Below, piece after piece: positions 1 to 8,555 of a stretch of 64,000 nt of DNA; position 1 is the stretch's first letter, and the number at the start of each line of letters is the position of its first letter. The notes beneath the pieces were generated by a model, which saw only the letters and a list, made by a program, of their open reading frames with translations, did no database searches and was not told the origin of the DNA. This DNA is from Candidatus Levyibacteriota bacterium (GTDB lineage Bacteria; Patescibacteriota; Microgenomatia; Levybacterales; UBA12049), in contig JAJDCH010000002.1 of assembly GCA_029260905.1 (NCBI GenBank), positions 15,546 through 79,545 on the forward strand. The letters run 5' to 3'. The position numbers and the translations under genes are program-made.

Positions 1-131
1 CTCGGTTTGCTTTGGGGCTTGCCCTGAGCTTGCCGAAGGGTTGCTGGATGGGTCGTAGAGCCAAGACTCTCTCCATCACTCTTGATTGGTTAGATAATAT
101 CATGGACAAAGGATTTTATGCAAGAGGTAAA

Positions 132-512
132 TTATTTTTTGTATGAAAAGAAAAGTTCAAGCATGAGGAAAAGTGCTGCAAGTAAGATAAAGAAAAATGG
201 GTGGTCGATATTATTTAGCTTGAAAATAAGAGATGTTATTCCCAAAAGACTTATTAATCCTGCATGAAGAGGGGATTTGAACAAAAATAGTATTAGATAA
301 AAAATAAAGAGAAAAAGTGAAATAAGAAATAAAAGAACAATAGGTAATTTGAAAAAAAGAAGCGTAAATGTATGGTTTGGTGGGAAAAAGTAGATGAGAG
401 AAGAAAGTATTGATAGAAAGATGATGCTTAAAAATATTGATTTTAGAGATCTTTCGGGAGATTTCATAGAAAGGTTATCTGCAAGTTCCACTTCTGCCAA
501 CAACAGATACAC
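132..512 (-). CDS. Small, very hydrophobic multi-TM protein (hypothetical). The true start is probably the Met near 467, which would remove the overlap with the upstream gene.
   Basis: ORF lies immediately downstream of the pilin-like gene on the same strand. It has 3-4 predicted TM helices, but its L/F/I-rich composition could also be an artefact of AT-rich DNA. Confidence 0.3.
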   Translation of the reverse strand: MYLLLAEVELADNLSMKSPERSLKSIFLSIIFLSILSSLIYFFPPNHTFTLLFFKLPIVLLFLISLFLFIFYLILFLFKSPLHAGLISLLGITSLIFKLNNIDHPFFFILLAALFLMLELFFSYKK

Positions 513-1278
513 ATTTTAGTCCACCTTTGCATTGATTATTTCCTGCAACATCACATGATCCACCTTTTCCAATTGTTCCTTGATTTCCACCAAACTCTCG
601 GAGTTTAAGTACGTCAACACTAAGAAATTGGAGAAGAACAAGTGAGAGTATCAAGAAGATGAGTCCTACAATCGCAGCAATGAGTTGCTCACGTCCTTCT
701 TTTATTTTTTCAGGATTTCCACTAGACATCATTATCTTATATCCAGCACGCATGATCAGAAAAAGAGCTACACCGCCAGAGAGGCTCAGAAGTGCGCCAA
801 AAATTGTACTTACGTAACCACCAGGAGTTGTTGAAATAGTACCAATTGCTGTATTAAATTCTTCACAAACCTCGTATGGCTCTCCTTCTTTTGGGGCAGG
901 ATCAGCGCAAGGTGGGGGTGGAACGTTAATTATTTCAGCTGAGGGTTCACAGGTTTTAAAAAGTCCACTGCTTTGGTTAGTGCATTCAAACCCTTTCTTG
1001 CAAGCCTTTGAATTTCCACCACCTCGTCCAGTATTGTCACATCTTGCACCTTCATCAAGAGTTCCATCTTCTACACATATTGCTGGTTCGGGATCACCTG
1101 GATCAACACAACTGAAGCCTTCTTTGCATGTATCTAGAACGCCACAGGTCATTCCTTCTCCTACCTCTGCTGCAAGAACAGGCTGGGGTAGACTGATAAA
1201 AAACAAACTAACAAAAAATGAAAAAAGAAGGGCAGAAAAAATCTTTCTCACTATTTCAGCTTTGCAGAAAATTGGCAT
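475..1278 (-). CDS. Secreted Cys-rich protein carrying a C-terminal TrbC/VirB2-like two-helix pilin module. It is a paralog of the ORF at 5636..6013.
   Basis: N-terminal signal peptide. Repeated C-K-x-G-F/L-x-C motifs (CKEGFSCV, CKKGFECT, CKGGLKCV). A hydrophobic hairpin with the loop motif AGYKIMMSSGNPEKIKEG aligns with GGYNVMTSKGDPQKANIG of the 125-aa pilin-like protein. Confidence 0.55.
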   Translation of the reverse strand: MPIFCKAEIVRKIFSALLFSFFVSLFFISLPQPVLAAEVGEGMTCGVLDTCKEGFSCVDPGDPEPAICVEDGTLDEGARCDNTGRGGGNSKACKKGFECTNQSSGLFKTCEPSAEIINVPPPPCADPAPKEGEPYEVCEEFNTAIGTISTTPGGYVSTIFGALLSLSGGVALFLIMRAGYKIMMSSGNPEKIKEGREQLIAAIVGLIFLILSLVLLQFLSVDVLKLREFGGNQGTIGKGGSCDVAGNNQCKGGLKCVSVVGRSGTCR

Positions 1279-1300
1279 AAATGCAAGAGTGAAATGGCTC

Positions 1301-1329
1301 TTGACATCATTTGGCAGTCGTGTTATATT
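1301..1329 (+). promoter_or_regulatory. Sigma70-type promoter TTGACA-N17-TATATT upstream of hrcA
   Basis: TTGACA at 1301-1306 and TATATT at 1324-1329, with an exact 17-nt spacer, about 28 nt upstream of the hrcA ATG at 1357. Confidence 0.55.
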
Positions 1330-1337
1330 ATTGCTAA
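1311..1337 (+). promoter_or_regulatory. Degenerate CIRCE-like inverted repeat (HrcA operator candidate) overlapping the hrcA promoter
   Basis: TTGGCAGTC-N9-TATTGCTAA compared with the CIRCE consensus TTAGCACTC-N9-GAGTGCTAA, matching 7/9 in each half. hrcA is encoded immediately downstream. Confidence 0.35.
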
Positions 1338-1356
1338 TTCTGTTAACTTAAGTTCA

Positions 1357-2088
1357 ATGCATAATTTAACTCACAGACAAATAGAAATATTAAAAAGTAT
1401 TATTGAAGAATATATCGAGACAGCTGAGGCTGTTGGATCTGAGACTATTGAGAAGAAACACAATTTGTCAGCAAGCCCTGCAACTATTAGAAATGAGATG
1501 GTAAAGCTTGCAGAATATGGATACATCAAAAAAACCCATTCTTCAGCAGGACGTGTGCCAACAGCAAGGGGACTTAAGTTTTACGTTCATGAGTTGATGA
1601 AAGAAAAAGAGCTTTCAACTGTTGAGGAGGTAGCGCTTAAGGAAAGGGTTTGGGATTATAGAGCGAAAATGCAGAGATTTCTTAAGGAAGCAACAAGATC
1701 TCTTGCAGCAAAAACAAATACTTTGGCAATTGCCACAACAAACGAAGGTGAGCTTTATTGTTCTGGATATGCAAATATTTTAGATATGCCAGAGTTTCTT
1801 GATATAGATTTGACGAAAAACCTACTTGAAGTTTTGGATGAGTATGATGTTTTTTCAAGTATTTTTGCAAATGTCTTACCTGATGATGAAATTCATATCT
1901 TGATTGAGGATGATCTTGGATCAGCACTGAGAGGTCCATACGGATTTATTTTTACTGAGTACTCTACACCATTAAATGGTCATGGGAAGATAGGAGTATT
2001 GGGGCCTGCGCGTCTTGCCTATACATCAATAGTGCCAACTGTTAGATACTTTGGTGATTTGATAAGAACTAGTGCTGAAGGGTGGTAG
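1357..2088 (+). CDS. hrcA: Heat-inducible transcriptional repressor HrcA
   Basis: Winged-helix N-terminus and HrcA-typical segments (SASPATIRNEM, GVLGPARLAYTSI). It sits at the head of a grpE-dnaK-dnaJ operon. The start was moved to the internal Met at 1357, downstream of the promoter. Confidence 0.85.
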   Translation: MHNLTHRQIEILKSIIEEYIETAEAVGSETIEKKHNLSASPATIRNEMVKLAEYGYIKKTHSSAGRVPTARGLKFYVHELMKEKELSTVEEVALKERVWDYRAKMQRFLKEATRSLAAKTNTLAIATTNEGELYCSGYANILDMPEFLDIDLTKNLLEVLDEYDVFSSIFANVLPDDEIHILIEDDLGSALRGPYGFIFTEYSTPLNGHGKIGVLGPARLAYTSIVPTVRYFGDLIRTSAEGW

Positions 2089-2105
2089 GTTCTGCGAAGC
2101 AGAAC
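2089..2105 (+). terminator. Hairpin GTTCTGC-GAA-GCAGAAC directly after the hrcA stop codon (possible attenuating terminator)
   Basis: Perfect 7-bp stem with a 3-nt loop, followed by a short T-containing tract. Confidence 0.3.
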
Positions 2106-2146
2106 GCTTATTGTATGGCATTTAGTTTATGGTTAGTAATCATGCA

Positions 2147-2175
2147 TTGACAGAATAAGGATGAAAATTTAGAAT
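2147..2175 (+). promoter_or_regulatory. Sigma70-type promoter TTGACA-N17-TAGAAT upstream of grpE
   Basis: TTGACA at 2147-2152 and TAGAAT at 2170-2175, with a 17-nt spacer, ending 7 nt before the grpE ATG. Confidence 0.5.
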
Positions 2176-2181
2176 AAAAAA

Positions 2182-2652
2182 ATGGATAAAAAAGAAAAAA
2201 AGAAAGAAAAAAGAGATGAAAGCGCACAGATTGATAAAGAACCAGAAGAGTTAAAAGAAAAGATACATGATTTTGAGGATAAATACAAAAGAGCGCTTGC
2301 GGATTATCAAAATCTTGAAAAAAGAGTGGGTGATCAGAGAATAGAGCTTATTCGGGGAGCAAATCGAGATTTGCTCTTGAGACTTCTTCCGGTTTTGGAT
2401 ACACTGATGCTTGCGAGCGTGCATACAGAAGATCAGGGAGTAAAAGTAACTGTTCAGCAATTTATAGATACATTAAAAAACGAAGGGGTTGAACGGATTG
2501 AGACAAAAGGTGTACAATTTGATCCAACGACCATGGAGGCGATAGCCACAGGGGACGGGAAGGATGGAGAAGTTTTGGAAGAGCTGAGGACTGGTTTTAT
2601 GATAAATGGTAAATTATTAAGACCAGTTCAAGTTAAAGTAGGAAAATCCTAA
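2182..2652 (+). CDS. grpE: Nucleotide exchange factor GrpE
   Basis: Size (156 aa), a K/E-rich N-terminus and its position between hrcA and dnaK. Confidence 0.85.
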   Translation: MDKKEKKKEKRDESAQIDKEPEELKEKIHDFEDKYKRALADYQNLEKRVGDQRIELIRGANRDLLLRLLPVLDTLMLASVHTEDQGVKVTVQQFIDTLKNEGVERIETKGVQFDPTTMEAIATGDGKDGEVLEELRTGFMINGKLLRPVQVKVGKS

Positions 2653-2717
2653 ATACAAATTTCAAAAGTTTTAGGAATTAGAGATTGGAATTTAGAATTT
2701 GTCCTGAAAGGAGATTT

Positions 2718-4631
2718 ATGGGAAAAATAATAGGCATAGACCTAGGAACAACTAATTCATGTGTAGCCGTGATGGAGGGTGGTTCACCAAAGGTGATTCA
2801 TTCAGCTGAAGGGCGTAATGTCATTCCATCTGTTGTGGATCCTGTAACGCATGTTGTCGGAGATGTTGCCAAGAGACAACTTGTTCTTAAGCCAAAGCAG
2901 ACCGTCTTCTCAATCAAGAGACTGATGGGAAGAAAGTTTAAGGATAAGTCAGTTCAGGAAGACATGAAGTGGCTTCCGTATACTGTTAAAGCAGGAAGAA
3001 ATGACATGGCAGTTGTTGAGGTAGATGGTAAAACCTATACCCCTCAGGAGTTATCCGCTCAAATTCTTCAAAAGATTAAATCTGATGCTGAGAGCTATCT
3101 TGGCGATAAGGTGACTCAAGCTGTTATCACAGTTCCTGCTTATTTTGATGATTCAGAGAGACAAGCTACCAAGCAGGCAGGAGAGATTGCTGGACTTGAA
3201 GTTTTGAGGATTATCAATGAGCCAACAGCAGCAGCTCTTGCCTATGGGCTTGATAAGAAAAATGCGCACACCATTGCTGTTTATGATTTGGGTGGTGGTA
3301 CATTTGATATCTCAATCCTAGAGCTTGGAGAAGGTGTTTATCAGGTAAAATCAACTAATGGTGATACTCATCTTGGCGGAGATGATTTTGACCAGAAGAT
3401 AATTAATTATCTTGCTGAAGAGTTTCTAAAAGAAAATAGCGTGGATTTGAGAAAAGATCCTCAAGCTCTGCAAAGACTAAAAGAATCAGCTGAAAAGGCA
3501 AAGATAGAGCTTTCGAGTTCACAAGAAGCACAAATCAATCAGCCATTTATAACTCAGGGAAAAGACGGTCCCCTTCATTTGACTTTGACTCTTACAAGAT
3601 CCAAGCTTGAACAGATTGTAGATGAACTGATTCAAAATACATTAAAGCCTGTTGAGAAGGCATTAGCAGATGCAAAGATAAAAACAACTGATGTTGATGA
3701 AATAATTATGGTTGGTGGCATGACCCGAATGCCAAAAGTGGTTGAAGCAGTCACGAAATTCTTTGGTAAAGAACCAAATAAGTCAGTAAACCCAGACGAG
3801 GTTGTTGCAATAGGAGCAGCAGTTCAGGGAGGGGTTCTTGGTGGTGAGGTAAAAGATGTACTTCTTTTGGATGTGACACCTTTGACACTTGGGCTTGAGA
3901 CGCTTGGTGCTGTTTCTACACCACTTATTGACAGGAATACAACAATTCCAACTAGTAAGTCACAGGTTTTTTCAACTGCTGCTGATAACCAAACACAAGT
4001 AGAGATAAATGTTTTACAGGGTGAGAGATCAATGGCTGCTGATAACAAGTCTTTGGGACGATTTATTCTTGATGGTATTCCGCCTGCGCCTCGTGGCGTG
4101 CCACAGGTTGAGGTGACTTTTGATATTGATGCCAACGGAATACTAAGCGTTTCTGCAAAAGATAAGGCATCAGGAAAGGAGCAAAGCATTAAGATAACAG
4201 GTAGTACTGGTTTATCAAAAGAAGAAGTTGAAAAAATGACAAAAGATGCTGAGTCCCATGCTAAAGAAGATGAGGAGAAAAAGGGTAAGATTGAGGCCCG
4301 AAATCATGCAGATGCTCTTATTTTTACAGCTGAGAAGTCACTTAAAGATGCAGGGGATAAAGTAGCCGATGATGTTAAAAAAGAAGTTGAAGAAAAGACA
4401 AAAGAATTAAAAGATATTTTGGATAGTGGCACCAAAGAAGACTTGGAAACAAAGACTAATGAGCTTTCAGAAACGCTTCAAAAAATTGGTCAAGCAGCAT
4501 ATCAGCAGGGTCAGAAAGCTCAGGAAGAGCCTGAAATTGAAAGCGAAGAAAAGGAAGGTAAGAAAGATGATTCAGAATCTGAGAAGAAAAAAGATAAAGA
4601 CGAACCTGTTGAGGGAGAAGTGGTAGAATAG
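2718..4631 (+). CDS. dnaK: Molecular chaperone DnaK (Hsp70)
   Basis: N-terminal [21 protein letters not shown] and the Hsp70 substrate-binding domain. An AGGAG Shine-Dalgarno sits 7 nt before the ATG at 2718. Confidence 0.95.
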   Translation: MGKIIGIDLGTTNSCVAVMEGGSPKVIHSAEGRNVIPSVVDPVTHVVGDVAKRQLVLKPKQTVFSIKRLMGRKFKDKSVQEDMKWLPYTVKAGRNDMAVVEVDGKTYTPQELSAQILQKIKSDAESYLGDKVTQAVITVPAYFDDSERQATKQAGEIAGLEVLRIINEPTAAALAYGLDKKNAHTIAVYDLGGGTFDISILELGEGVYQVKSTNGDTHLGGDDFDQKIINYLAEEFLKENSVDLRKDPQALQRLKESAEKAKIELSSSQEAQINQPFITQGKDGPLHLTLTLTRSKLEQIVDELIQNTLKPVEKALADAKIKTTDVDEIIMVGGMTRMPKVVEAVTKFFGKEPNKSVNPDEVVAIGAAVQGGVLGGEVKDVLLLDVTPLTLGLETLGAVSTPLIDRNTTIPTSKSQVFSTAADNQTQVEINVLQGERSMAADNKSLGRFILDGIPPAPRGVPQVEVTFDIDANGILSVSAKDKASGKEQSIKITGSTGLSKEEVEKMTKDAESHAKEDEEKKGKIEARNHADALIFTAEKSLKDAGDKVADDVKKEVEEKTKELKDILDSGTKEDLETKTNELSETLQKIGQAAYQQGQKAQEEPEIESEEKEGKKDDSESEKKKDKDEPVEGEVVE

Positions 4632-4666
4632 CTTTTAGCTTATGGCTTTTAGCTTTCAGGAATTTA

Positions 4667-4687
4667 GAGCGCAGAAGCGCTTTTTTA
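4667..4687 (+). terminator. Rho-independent terminator after dnaK (AGCGC-AGAA-GCGCT plus TTTTTT). A TATAAT at 4689-4694 may give dnaJ its own promoter.
   Basis: 5-bp GC stem and tetraloop, followed by a T6 run. Confidence 0.45.
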
Positions 4688-4706
4688 GTATAATAAAACT
4701 GTTATT

Positions 4707-5597
4707 ATGGCAAGTGAAAAAGATTATTATCAAGTTTTGGGTGTTACCAAATCAGCTAGTGCTGATGAGATAAAAAAGGCTTACCGCAAACTCGCCCTTG
4801 AGTATCATCCAGATCGCAATAAAACTAAAGAGGCAAATAATAAGTTCAAAGAAGTGACAAAGGCCTATGAAGTCCTATCAAATGATCAGAAAAGAAAGAC
4901 CTATGATCAATTCGGACATGCTGCTTTTGAGCAGGGTGGTATGGGAGGGGCAGGCGGCGGCGGTAACCCGTTTAGCGGTGGTCAACAGGGAGGACAATAT
5001 GGGCCATTTAGATACACCTATTCATCAGGCGGGCAGGGATCTGATTTTGATTTTGGAGGTTTTTCAGACCCATTTGAGATATTTGAGCAGTTTTTTGGAG
5101 GAGCGCAAAGACAGAGAAGACCTGCGTATTCAATCAGAATTAATTTTGATGAAGCAGTGAAAGGTGTTGAGAAGCAAGTAAGTATAAATGGTAAACCACA
5201 AAAAATAAAAATACCTCCAGGTGTTGATCGGGGATCTCGTATCAGATTTAGTGAATACGATATTGTGGTAGATGTAACACCTGATCCAAAATTTCAAAGA
5301 GAGGGTGCAGATATAGTTACAGTTGAGGATGTGTCTTTTCCTCAAGCTGCTCTTGGTGGAGAGCTTGAGATCGAAACAGTTCATGGAAAAGTAAAATTTA
5401 AAATACCATCAGGTACGCAGCCTGAAACACTGGTGAGGCTTAGTGGAAAGGGTATGCCAAGGATCAATAAGTCTGGAAATGGTGATCATTATGTCAAAAT
5501 TAAAGTTACAGTTCCTAAGAAGCTGAATAGGGATCAGAAAAAGATTCTGGAAGATCTTCTCAAAGAAGAGAAAAAATCAGGAAAAAGCTGGTTTTGA
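4707..5597 (+). CDS. dnaJ: J-domain co-chaperone (DnaJ/CbpA-like). It has a G/F-rich region but no CxxCxGxG zinc finger.
   Basis: J domain with HPD (YHPDRNK), Gly/Phe-rich linker and C-terminal substrate-binding domains. No Cys-rich repeats are present. Confidence 0.85.
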   Translation: MASEKDYYQVLGVTKSASADEIKKAYRKLALEYHPDRNKTKEANNKFKEVTKAYEVLSNDQKRKTYDQFGHAAFEQGGMGGAGGGGNPFSGGQQGGQYGPFRYTYSSGGQGSDFDFGGFSDPFEIFEQFFGGAQRQRRPAYSIRINFDEAVKGVEKQVSINGKPQKIKIPPGVDRGSRIRFSEYDIVVDVTPDPKFQREGADIVTVEDVSFPQAALGGELEIETVHGKVKFKIPSGTQPETLVRLSGKGMPRINKSGNGDHYVKIKVTVPKKLNRDQKKILEDLLKEEKKSGKSWF

Positions 5598-5635
5598 TAA
5601 TTGATTTTTCTCTTAACTCTTGCTACTGTTAGAAT

Positions 5636-6013
5636 ATGGCTCGTTTCGTTCTTTCTATATTTTTTTTGTTTGTTTTTATTTTTTCACCAGTTCAGGTATT
5701 TGCAGCAGGGTCAGGAGCGGATTGTGATTATTCAAAGGAGATAAATACTGATTTTGGTTGTCTTCCCAATGATCCGATTGGATTTGTGCAGGAATTTTAT
5801 GGAATAGGACTTAGCTTTATTGCAGCGCTTTCTCTTTTGGCGTTAATAATTGGAGGCTATAATGTGATGACATCCAAGGGAGATCCACAAAAAGCAAATA
5901 TCGGCAAATCATGGATATTTTATGCAATTGGAGGTTTGGTTCTTGCAATTTTTGGATATATATTTATAAGACTTATAATCGTTGATATTTTGAAGGTTCC
6001 AGGATTCTCATAG
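5636..6013 (+). CDS. VirB2/TrbC-like type IV secretion pilin-like protein (signal peptide plus two hydrophobic helices)
   Basis: 125 aa. Signal peptide, then helix-loop-helix with the loop GGYNVMTSKGDPQKANIGKS. It is a paralog of the C-terminal module of ORF 475..1278. Confidence 0.5.
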   Translation: MARFVLSIFFLFVFIFSPVQVFAAGSGADCDYSKEINTDFGCLPNDPIGFVQEFYGIGLSFIAALSLLALIIGGYNVMTSKGDPQKANIGKSWIFYAIGGLVLAIFGYIFIRLIIVDILKVPGFS

Positions 6014-6016
6014 TTT

Positions 6017-8512
6017 ATGAAAAAACTTCTGCCCAGTCTAATACTCTTTCTTTCTGTTTTTTTGGGAATAATGTTTTTTAATACTCCTCAGACTTTGGCT
6101 ACAGGCGCTTCTCCAGGTACAACTGCAACTACGGTAAGTGATGATAAATTGCCTGCTGGCACATGGAGACAAGATTCTGAAGTTACATTTATAGGTAAAA
6201 GCGCAGCAAGAGCCCGCACCATGCTTGATTGGACTATCCAAAATTATAATTGGATTTGTGTCGAGCGTATAGTAGGCACAAGTCAGTGTAATGATACAGA
6301 TAATCCCCTTCAGTCATTTTGGTTGAGGATTGTTACCTATATTGTGGTACCGCTTTTGTTCGTGGCAGTTTTGATTAGTGCTGCAGTAATCATTATTACA
6401 CGTGGAAGATCTGTTACCATCATGCGGCTTTTACCTCGTTTCTTGGGTGTTGTGATTTTAATCTTTTTTACCTATTCACTTCTGCAGTTTTTTTATCAGT
6501 TCTCTGATTTGATACAAGGATTTTTTCTTCGTCATCCAACAGAAACAGCACAGGATGGGACAACATCTTGTCCCCCAAGCTGTATTGGAACTAAAGATTT
6601 GTTATATGTTGGTTGGGATTATGATACTTTTCTTGGCTTGAGACTCGCAAGCCCAGATGCAAATAATTCAAATGCTGAGTCAGCATTCATGTCGCTTCTT
6701 CTCACCAAAATGACTGCCATGACTTACTACGTAATGGTAGGGATTCTTATTTTGAGGAAGATTATTTTATGGTTTTTTATTGTAGTATCGCCTGTCTTTC
6801 CGTTACTTTTGTTATTTTATCCTATCAGAAACACTGCCAAAATCTGGATTGGTGAGTTTTTCCGTTGGCTTCTTTATGCTCCGCTTTTTGCAATTTTTCT
6901 TCAGGGTCTTGTTTTTATGTGGAGTAATCCAGTTGGAATACCGCTTGACTTTAAATCAACAAAAATAGGAGTTGAGCAGGGCAGGATTGGTTCACCTGCC
7001 AAGGATGAGAATACGCTTTTTCCAACAACAGTAAATATTCTTCTCGGGGGTCCACAGGAGGTTGTAACTATTAGCAATAGTATTAATCTTACAGAAACAT
7101 TTGCGAAGTATGTTGTTGCTCTTTTGATGCTTTGGGGCGTTATCATTCTACCCTGGATACTCCTTCAGATCTTTTTGGATTATTCATCCAATTTTTCTGT
7201 AGGTGATACAGCTGTGATGAGAACCCTTCTTAATGTTAAAAATAAACCCCCAGCTCCTACTGGCACCCCTCCGAGTACCGGTCCGCCATTTAGCTTACCA
7301 TTTGCAAAGAAATTTGATTTGCGTCCTCCACAAACCCCACCCTCTGCACCAACTGGAGTAGCCAAGGAATTGCCTATTAGTACAGGTCGAATGATGCAGT
7401 CACATAATATGCCATCAGCTCAGATTAAGGCTCAGACTCTTAGTCTTTCAAATGTTACCCTTCCAACAATTCGTGATATTGCAAAATACGACACAGCAAT
7501 CACTTCTCGTGATACTACCAAGCAACAGGATATTATTAGGATGAGAGATACTCTGACAAAGATCGGTAATCCTGCAAGTTCCAGTTCTGACAGCCAGCGT
7601 TACACCGAAGTCCGCAGCAAGCTAACAAAAGAAAGCCAAGATGGAAATCAGTTGGCAGCATCAATTCTTAGCGCAGCAAATATAGCTACCAACAAGTCTG
7701 CTCAAAATCAAAATAGGCAAATAAAGAATGTTCTTAACCAGATAGCTAATCCAACAACAGCACCAGCTGTTACAAAGAAATTTGACACTCAAAAAGTTGC
7801 TCAGCTTCATGATTCGCTTGCTAAAGCAAGTAAGCAAGGAAACGCTTTGGCAACTTCTATTCTTTCAGTTGATGAAAAGACATCAGAAAAAGAAATTGAG
7901 GCATTGAAAGAGAAAATAGCACAGGCTAAAAAACGAAGCGATAAGCTTGCAGCTGAGGTGTTAGATGTTACAGATAAAGAAGTGGAAGCAGGCCTTCCTG
8001 CCGTAAATAGAGTTCAGACTGTCAGTCAGCAGGATTACCAGGCAGTTAAGGATATGTGGAGAGAGAATTACAAGAATCTTGAAGTTCCACAAGGCATGGC
8101 CGGAACAAGATCAGATTGGATCAAAGAAGATGTTGAAAAAATTAATAATATTGTAAACATGCTTTCATCAACCAGTCCGGATGACATGAAGAAGGGAATG
8201 GATGAAGTTTCTGATATTTTGCCTTTCCTTCTGGTTGGTGGCTTCTCTCAGACAGAAATTATATCTTATTTGAAGGCAAAGAAAGAAGCAGGACAAGAAG
8301 TAAATAGTCAACTTGCCACAGAGGAGGATGATAAGGTAGAGGTTTCAACACAGAAAGCAGAAACAAAACGAGAGATGGCTGCAACGCTTGAAGAGGAAGA
8401 TGCTACAAAGGGACAGGAGGCAAGTCAACCGTCATCTGTTTCTGTTCCTGATGAACCAAAAGTTGATGATGAAAAAGCAGTTAAGCCTGCAGATGAGAAC
8501 AAAAAACAATAA
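6017..8512 (+). CDS. Polytopic membrane protein, possibly VirB6/TrbL-like. It has a long hydrophilic C-terminal tail carrying repeats.
   Basis: Signal/anchor sequence, at least 6 predicted TM helices, then a P/T-rich linker. A C-terminal repeat module (KASKQGNALATSILS...) is homologous to the C-terminus of the downstream Clp ATPase. Confidence 0.45.
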   Translation: MKKLLPSLILFLSVFLGIMFFNTPQTLATGASPGTTATTVSDDKLPAGTWRQDSEVTFIGKSAARARTMLDWTIQNYNWICVERIVGTSQCNDTDNPLQSFWLRIVTYIVVPLLFVAVLISAAVIIITRGRSVTIMRLLPRFLGVVILIFFTYSLLQFFYQFSDLIQGFFLRHPTETAQDGTTSCPPSCIGTKDLLYVGWDYDTFLGLRLASPDANNSNAESAFMSLLLTKMTAMTYYVMVGILILRKIILWFFIVVSPVFPLLLLFYPIRNTAKIWIGEFFRWLLYAPLFAIFLQGLVFMWSNPVGIPLDFKSTKIGVEQGRIGSPAKDENTLFPTTVNILLGGPQEVVTISNSINLTETFAKYVVALLMLWGVIILPWILLQIFLDYSSNFSVGDTAVMRTLLNVKNKPPAPTGTPPSTGPPFSLPFAKKFDLRPPQTPPSAPTGVAKELPISTGRMMQSHNMPSAQIKAQTLSLSNVTLPTIRDIAKYDTAITSRDTTKQQDIIRMRDTLTKIGNPASSSSDSQRYTEVRSKLTKESQDGNQLAASILSAANIATNKSAQNQNRQIKNVLNQIANPTTAPAVTKKFDTQKVAQLHDSLAKASKQGNALATSILSVDEKTSEKEIEALKEKIAQAKKRSDKLAAEVLDVTDKEVEAGLPAVNRVQTVSQQDYQAVKDMWRENYKNLEVPQGMAGTRSDWIKEDVEKINNIVNMLSSTSPDDMKKGMDEVSDILPFLLVGGFSQTEIISYLKAKKEAGQEVNSQLATEEDDKVEVSTQKAETKREMAATLEEEDATKGQEASQPSSVSVPDEPKVDDEKAVKPADENKKQ

Positions 8513-8555
8513 TACTTGTCGTTTGGGTCTATTAGTGATAAATTGTAATTAAGAT

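Noticed and set aside
3824-4189. 121-aa ORF antisense to dnaK, and similar antisense or shadow ORFs listed in the track (980..1351, 1682..1939, 2251..2460, 10104..10376, 16524..16742, 27256..27606, 34132..34410, 36260..38413 series, 43153..43766, 44343..44739, 53255..53803, 55212..56041 series, 63223..63498)
   Set aside because: All lie inside or antisense to strongly supported conserved genes (dnaK, clp, nusA, rpoB, groEL and so on). They have low-complexity or repetitive translations and no motifs. They are typical shadow ORFs.
8513-8555. CIRCE-like element upstream of the Clp ATPase gene (TTAGTGATAAATTGTAATTAAG)
   Set aside because: Only the TTAG half-site resembles CIRCE. There is no matching inverted-repeat partner at a 9-nt spacing.
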